DNA from: Octopus bimaculoides
Lineage: Eukaryota
Length of the DNA: 40,984 bases
NCBI RefSeq assembly: GCF_001194135.2
Contig: NC_069008.1
Location: 16,597,509-16,638,492, forward strand
Reading direction: 5' to 3'
In this document: positions 36,274 to 40,984 of the stretch, piece after piece
Layout: each line of letters begins with the position of its first letter
Position numbering within the stretch: the stretch's first letter is position 1
Notes under the pieces: generated by a model
Told to the model about the DNA's origin: nothing
The model's input: the letters and a program-made list of their open reading frames with translations, nothing else
Databases searched by the model: none
Translations under genes and position numbers: made by a program

Positions 36274-36885
36274 ATGTCAGTTTCTTCCGAGAGATCGAAA
36301 ATGCCTCGTGGAAGACCGGCTGCACAACAACTTATTGTTCCTGAAAACGAAATCCTCGATCGTCAATTAATATCAGAGGAATCTTGGAATATTAGTGAAT
36401 TATGCATCAGTTCAAGACACAGAATGTTGGAATGGTGTGCGCGCCGTCGGCTTATTAGGAATCAGTTTACCTGCGACGATTGTCTAGTACCATGCGGACT
36501 TATTACACGTTGTGACAGAATTGATGGCAAAGAATGGTACTGCAAACACTGTAAGAAGAAGAAATCTGTTCGTTACGGTTCCTTCTTTGAAAGGAGCCAC
36601 GTTCCACTCTACAATCTCGTGTTGCTTATTTACTACTGGTGCAAAAACATGCACAGCCACATTATAGACGAGTGTTCTCTTAGCCACACAACCGTGGTCG
36701 AATGGAGCAATTACTGCCGCGAAATATGTGCCGATTGGCTTCGGAAAAACCCCGTGGAAGTTGGTGGTGATGGTGGTGGGGACAGTAATTATGTACAGGA
36801 ACTTCTATGGCGGAAATCAACCCCGAAAGAAAAAACATTTGTTTATTTTTTGGTTGCCATTTCTGAAGTTTATAATGTCGAGTAG
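36274..36885 (+). mobile_element. Merlin (IS1016/IS1595-like) transposase ORF with the DDE core deleted, 203 aa
   Basis: Motifs EWCARRRLI, CDDC..WYCKHC, KSVRYGSFFERSH and VVEWSNYCREIC..NPVEVGG are followed directly by a C-terminal DSNYVQELLWRK, resembling the Merlin DSYLxEFxWR motif. The VEIDES/WVFG/NHS core is absent. Confidence 0.8.
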
Positions 36886-38472
36886 GTGAATTTCTAGACC
36901 CGCAACTCGGCGAGGTCGTGTTCACTGAAAATAGATATATTTTAATGAAATTTTCNNNNNNNNNNNNNNNNNNNNNNNNNNNNNNNNNNNNNNNNNNNNN
37001 NNNNNNNNNNNNNNNNNNNNNNNNNNNNNNNNNNNNNNNNNNNNNNNNNNNNNNNNNNNNNNNNNNNNNNNNNNNNNNNNNNNNNNNNNNNNNNNNNNNN
37101 NNNNNNNNNNNNNNNNNNNNNNNNNNNNNNNNNNNNNNNNNNNNNNNNNNNNNNNNNNNNNNNNNNNNNNNNNNNNNNNNNNNNNNNNNNNNNNNNNNNN
37201 NNNNNNNNNNNNNNNNNNNNNNNNNNNNNNNNNNNNNNNNNNNNNNNNNNNNNNNNNNNNNNNNNNNNNNNNNNNNNNNNNNNNNNNNNNNNNNNNNNNN
37301 NNNNNNNNNNNNNNNNNNNNNNNNNNNNNNNNNNNNNNNNNNNNNNNNNNNNNNNNNNNNNNNNNNNNNNNNNNNNNNNNNNNNNNNNNNNNNNNNNNNN
37401 NNNNNNNNNNNNNNNNNNNNNNNNNNNNNNNNNNNNNNNNNNNNNNNNNNNNNNNNNNNNNNNNNNNNNNNNNNNNNNNNNNNNNNNNNNNNNNNNNNNN
37501 NNNNNNNNNNNNNNNNNNNNNNNNNNNNNNNNNNNNNNNNNNNNNNNNNNNNNNNNNNNNNNNNNNNNNNNNNNNNNNNNNNNNNNNNNNNNNNNNNNNN
37601 NNNNNNNNNNNNNNNNNNNNNNNNNNNNNNNNNNNNNNNNNNNNNNNNNNNNNNNNNNNNNNNNNNNNNNNNNNNNNNNNNNNNNNNNNNNNNNNNNNNN
37701 NNNNNNNNNNNNNNNNNNNNNNNNNNNNNNNNNNNNNNNNNNNNNNNNNNNNNNNNNNNNNNNNNNNNNNNNNNNNNNNNNNNNNNNNNNNNNNNNNNNN
37801 NNNNNNNNNNNNNNNNNNNNNNNNNNNNNNNNNNNNNNNNNNNNNNNNNNNNNNNNNNNNNNNNNNNNNNNNNNNNNNNNNNNNNNNTACATATAGTCCA
37901 TCTGAACCGGGATCAGTCAGTTTAATAAACAGACGTACGATTAAAATCCTTCTTTCAATATTACATAATGGTAGGGGATATTTGGCTGCTATTTTAGCAG
38001 ATTCAATGACCATGTCGAGACCTCCCTGTTGATTCAGTGTTCGTAATTCGTCGAATTATCTCCCTTCGCATGATTGTTGCCTACCCATCTACAAAATTCT
38101 TCACTTTCAACTACTAGAATGTTCTGGGAAACTCCAACGTCCCCCTTACAAAAGTAGCTCTCAAACCTACAGGTTTTCTCTTAGTCTTTCTTCACTTAGA
38201 GCCATTCACGTCTCTGCTGTGTCGTATCCATTTCTTCTCTCATTATTACATTTCTGCTTTTCCTGCAAAGACTACTTGATTCTACTATTTTTACAACTTG
38301 TTTCCATAATTTGTAATTATAGATCTAATTAAATAAACTCTGTAAATCAAAGGAAATTAAATATATTTTTATGTAACAATTAGTTGATTTATTCCTTTCT
38401 CCTTTTGTACAAGAAATTTTGTTATTTATCCAACGGGCAGCCAGAACTCCAGTAGTAACATATCCACACTTT

Positions 38473-38793
38473 GGTAATCTTCCAGGTTCGAGGGGTAAAA
38501 GAAATATTCAAGGGAAATAACTTCAGTCTTATATGTATAGAAATATATATCGTCCTATTCAGTTGCCCCTCGAAACTGGAAGATTACCTATACATACATA
38601 CACAAGCATATATATATATACACACAAATCCATGCACAATATGAGAATTGTGTCCCATGTGAAGGGACAAAGACGGGACATATAGTGTGTGTGTATATAT
38701 ATATATATATACTGCACACGTAGATTTACATACATCCAGCAACTTAATAGGACGATATATATTTCTTTTACTCCTCGAAACTGGAAGATCACC
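38473..38793. mobile_element. 321-bp MITE with GG...CC termini and a 9-bp target duplication (Merlin- or Mutator-type)
   Basis: TIR of ~55 bp (GGTAATCTTCCAGGTTCGAGGGGTAAAAGAAAT...; left copy interrupted). Flanks CCACACTTT (38464-38472) and CCACACCTT (38794-38802). Confidence 0.7.
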
Positions 38794-39879
38794 CCACACC
38801 TTTCCACCAAACAATCTACACACCACTACACTGTTTAGCGCAGTGATTCTCAAACCTACATTTTATTTTCCGCCTATGAACTCCGTTCGATTTCCCTTTT
38901 ACACGTATAGACTCTCACAGCCATTCGTTGATTAAAAAATTCTTGTTCTGTTTGGTTAACCGTTGAGAAACACTGTTTTATCTGGATTTGGTATTTATCA
39001 CAGGTTAGAAACAATTAAAGATGTACATTGGTATAATTGAAGCTGTTTCCCTATTGATACATATTATGTTGGGTACTTTTAATATACGCCACTGATGTCT
39101 TTCAAACGAAAGAAAAATTATCTACAAAACTGCCTATTAGGTGTGTTTTTAATTAGTTGAACTAAATCTAATTATATAATATATAGTAATTATCACATAC
39201 TGAGGTGAACGTTAATTCTTGTTTATGAGATAGGTCGATCTACTTATTTCAGGGTTGGTGTTCCATTACCTTCAAGTAGCAAATCTGGTTCAAGATTTTT
39301 CCATAAAAGTCTTTGTCCCTTCTGAGATTTGGCTGTTATTTCTAGCATGTAAATAGCCTGCTTTGGTGTGGGGGTGGAATTATTGAATTTTTTCAAACAA
39401 TATTTTTCAGAATCATAATTTCCGTAATTTTTTATGCATTTCTAATAATAAAAAAAATTCCGGAAAATATTTTTAAATGAGGAAATATGGGGGGGGGGGT
39501 AACATTTTAAATTTGAGATTTTTGAAAATTTTTTTTTCAGAATCGGAATCTCCATACCCTAAAACATGGGATTCTGTAAAAAAAAATAACTAAAAAAAAA
39601 GGGGGGAAAGTTCCGATTGCATATACTCCATCTGGACCGCAAATCTATCCATCTACAATGGAGGCATTAAGAAATCTGTAAATGGACTTGATAGATTATT
39701 GGGTGATGTCTCAGAGAAATCACATTATTGTTGGTGATACAGCATTCTACTGCAGCTATATGTCTCCACTGTCTTACTTTTAATCATACAATTGATACAG
39801 AATCCAAACGGTGAACAAATATTTTATTCCCCTCCACTCAATTACGCCATATAAATTTGTGCAAGTACAAAAGAGAAAA

Positions 39880-40600
39880 AGCGTGCCGAAGTCAAGAAAA
39901 CGGATAGGTTTGTTCCACATCAACTGAACGAGATTAAAAAAAGAAAAGAGTACATCAAAGTGTACTCTTTATTGCTCTCTCGGCTAGAAAAAGACTGTTT
40001 TTACATCGAATCATTACTTGTGATGAAAAATGGATACTCTTTGACAACAGCAGGAGAACAGGACAGCGATTAGATGCAGGAGAGTCACCTAAACACTACC
40101 CAAACCCATCATTGCACCCTACAAAGTTAATAGTCACTGTATGGTGGTCTGCGAAGGGAGTTATTCATTATTCATTTTCGCAACAAGGAAAAACGATAAC
40201 AGCAACATTGTATTGTCAGGAAATTGATTGTATGCATGAGAATTTGAAAAAGAAACAAACCAAACTAGTGAATAGAGATGACCCAATTTTGCTCCCTGGC
40301 AACACACGTCCTCACACTTCTCAAGCTACGGTCCAAAAGTTGCAAAGCCTGGATTATGAGATTTTGCAACATCCTGCCTATTCCCCTAATATCTCTCCTC
40401 CTGATCATCTCTCATTTAAGCATTTTGATATTTTCATAAGCAATAAAACATTCTTAAATGGAAAAAAGGTAACTGAAGCATTCAGACAGTTTATTTCAGC
40501 AAAAGATGAAATTTGTTTTTTAAAGATGGAATATATGACAGAGAGAAAAGTTGGGTAAAAGTCATGAATGAACATTCATCATACTTTGATAAAAAATAAA
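39880..40600 (+). mobile_element. Mariner (DD34D) transposase relic, inactive
   Basis: FVPHQLN (WVPHEL), FLHRIITCDEKW, VWWSAKGVIHY, PGNTRPH (HDNARPH mutated), HPAYSPNISPPD (YSPDLAPSD); frameshifted. Confidence 0.9.
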
Positions 40601-40865
40601 CTGGTTTTCTAAAACTTCTGAAACATTCTATTGTTACCTTTCACATATGACATTTCATGTAAAACAAACTAATATAACATCAGACAGAAAAACAGGATAT
40701 TCATGGATGAGATACAACTGCCTCTGCAGAAGAAGTCTGAGAAGTAATATGCAAGAGAAAGACAAAGACTGTTCCACTGAGAGAGAGGGGGGTTTGTGAG
40801 TGTAAAAGGAGAGGGAGAGGAAAAGGAAGGGGGATGCAGTGAGTAGTGAACCTGTGTCTATTGAG

Positions 40866-40984
40866 GAGCAGAAAGAAAGCAATGATACAGTTGGTAGGGG
40901 GAGACTAGAAGAGAGAGAGAGAGGAGGAGGAGCAGAAAGAAATCAATGATACAGTTGGTAGGGGGAGACTAGAAGAGAGAGAGA
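40866..40984. repeat. 64-bp GA-rich minisatellite
   Basis: GAGCAGAAAGAAA.CAATGATACAGTTGGTAGGGGGAGACTAG at 40866 and 40930; the paralogous position (27422) is a gap. Confidence 0.8.

Overview
Eukaryotic, AT-rich, gapped draft sequence containing a tandem cluster of C2H2 zinc-finger genes. The ZNF expansion plus the SINE and microsatellite landscape point to octopus, but that is an inference. I find five fingers-only ZNF genes (A 948-1778 minus; B 12491-13165 plus; C gap-21634 plus; D 28773-30140 minus; E 34177-35154 minus), a pseudogene tail at 1-130 and an orphan finger relic. The genes are copies of one cassette: a conserved promoter/first-exon module (X-box-like, E-box and tandem ETS motifs, CAG|GTAAGA donor), an intron that usually begins with a decayed Merlin (IS1016/IS1595-like) transposase, a conserved ~420 nt leader, the finger array and a shared 3' module. 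Two more Merlin pieces lie head-to-head upstream of D and E. The one at 36274-36885 is an open 203-aa frame that keeps the N-terminal CxxC region but lacks the DDE core. Other elements: a 208-bp near-perfect palindrome, a Penelope-like inverted repeat with degenerate hammerhead cores, a mariner relic, MITEs, a Helitron-like element, many SINEs and a large segmental duplication. All family assignments come from motif recognition by eye; no searches were run.
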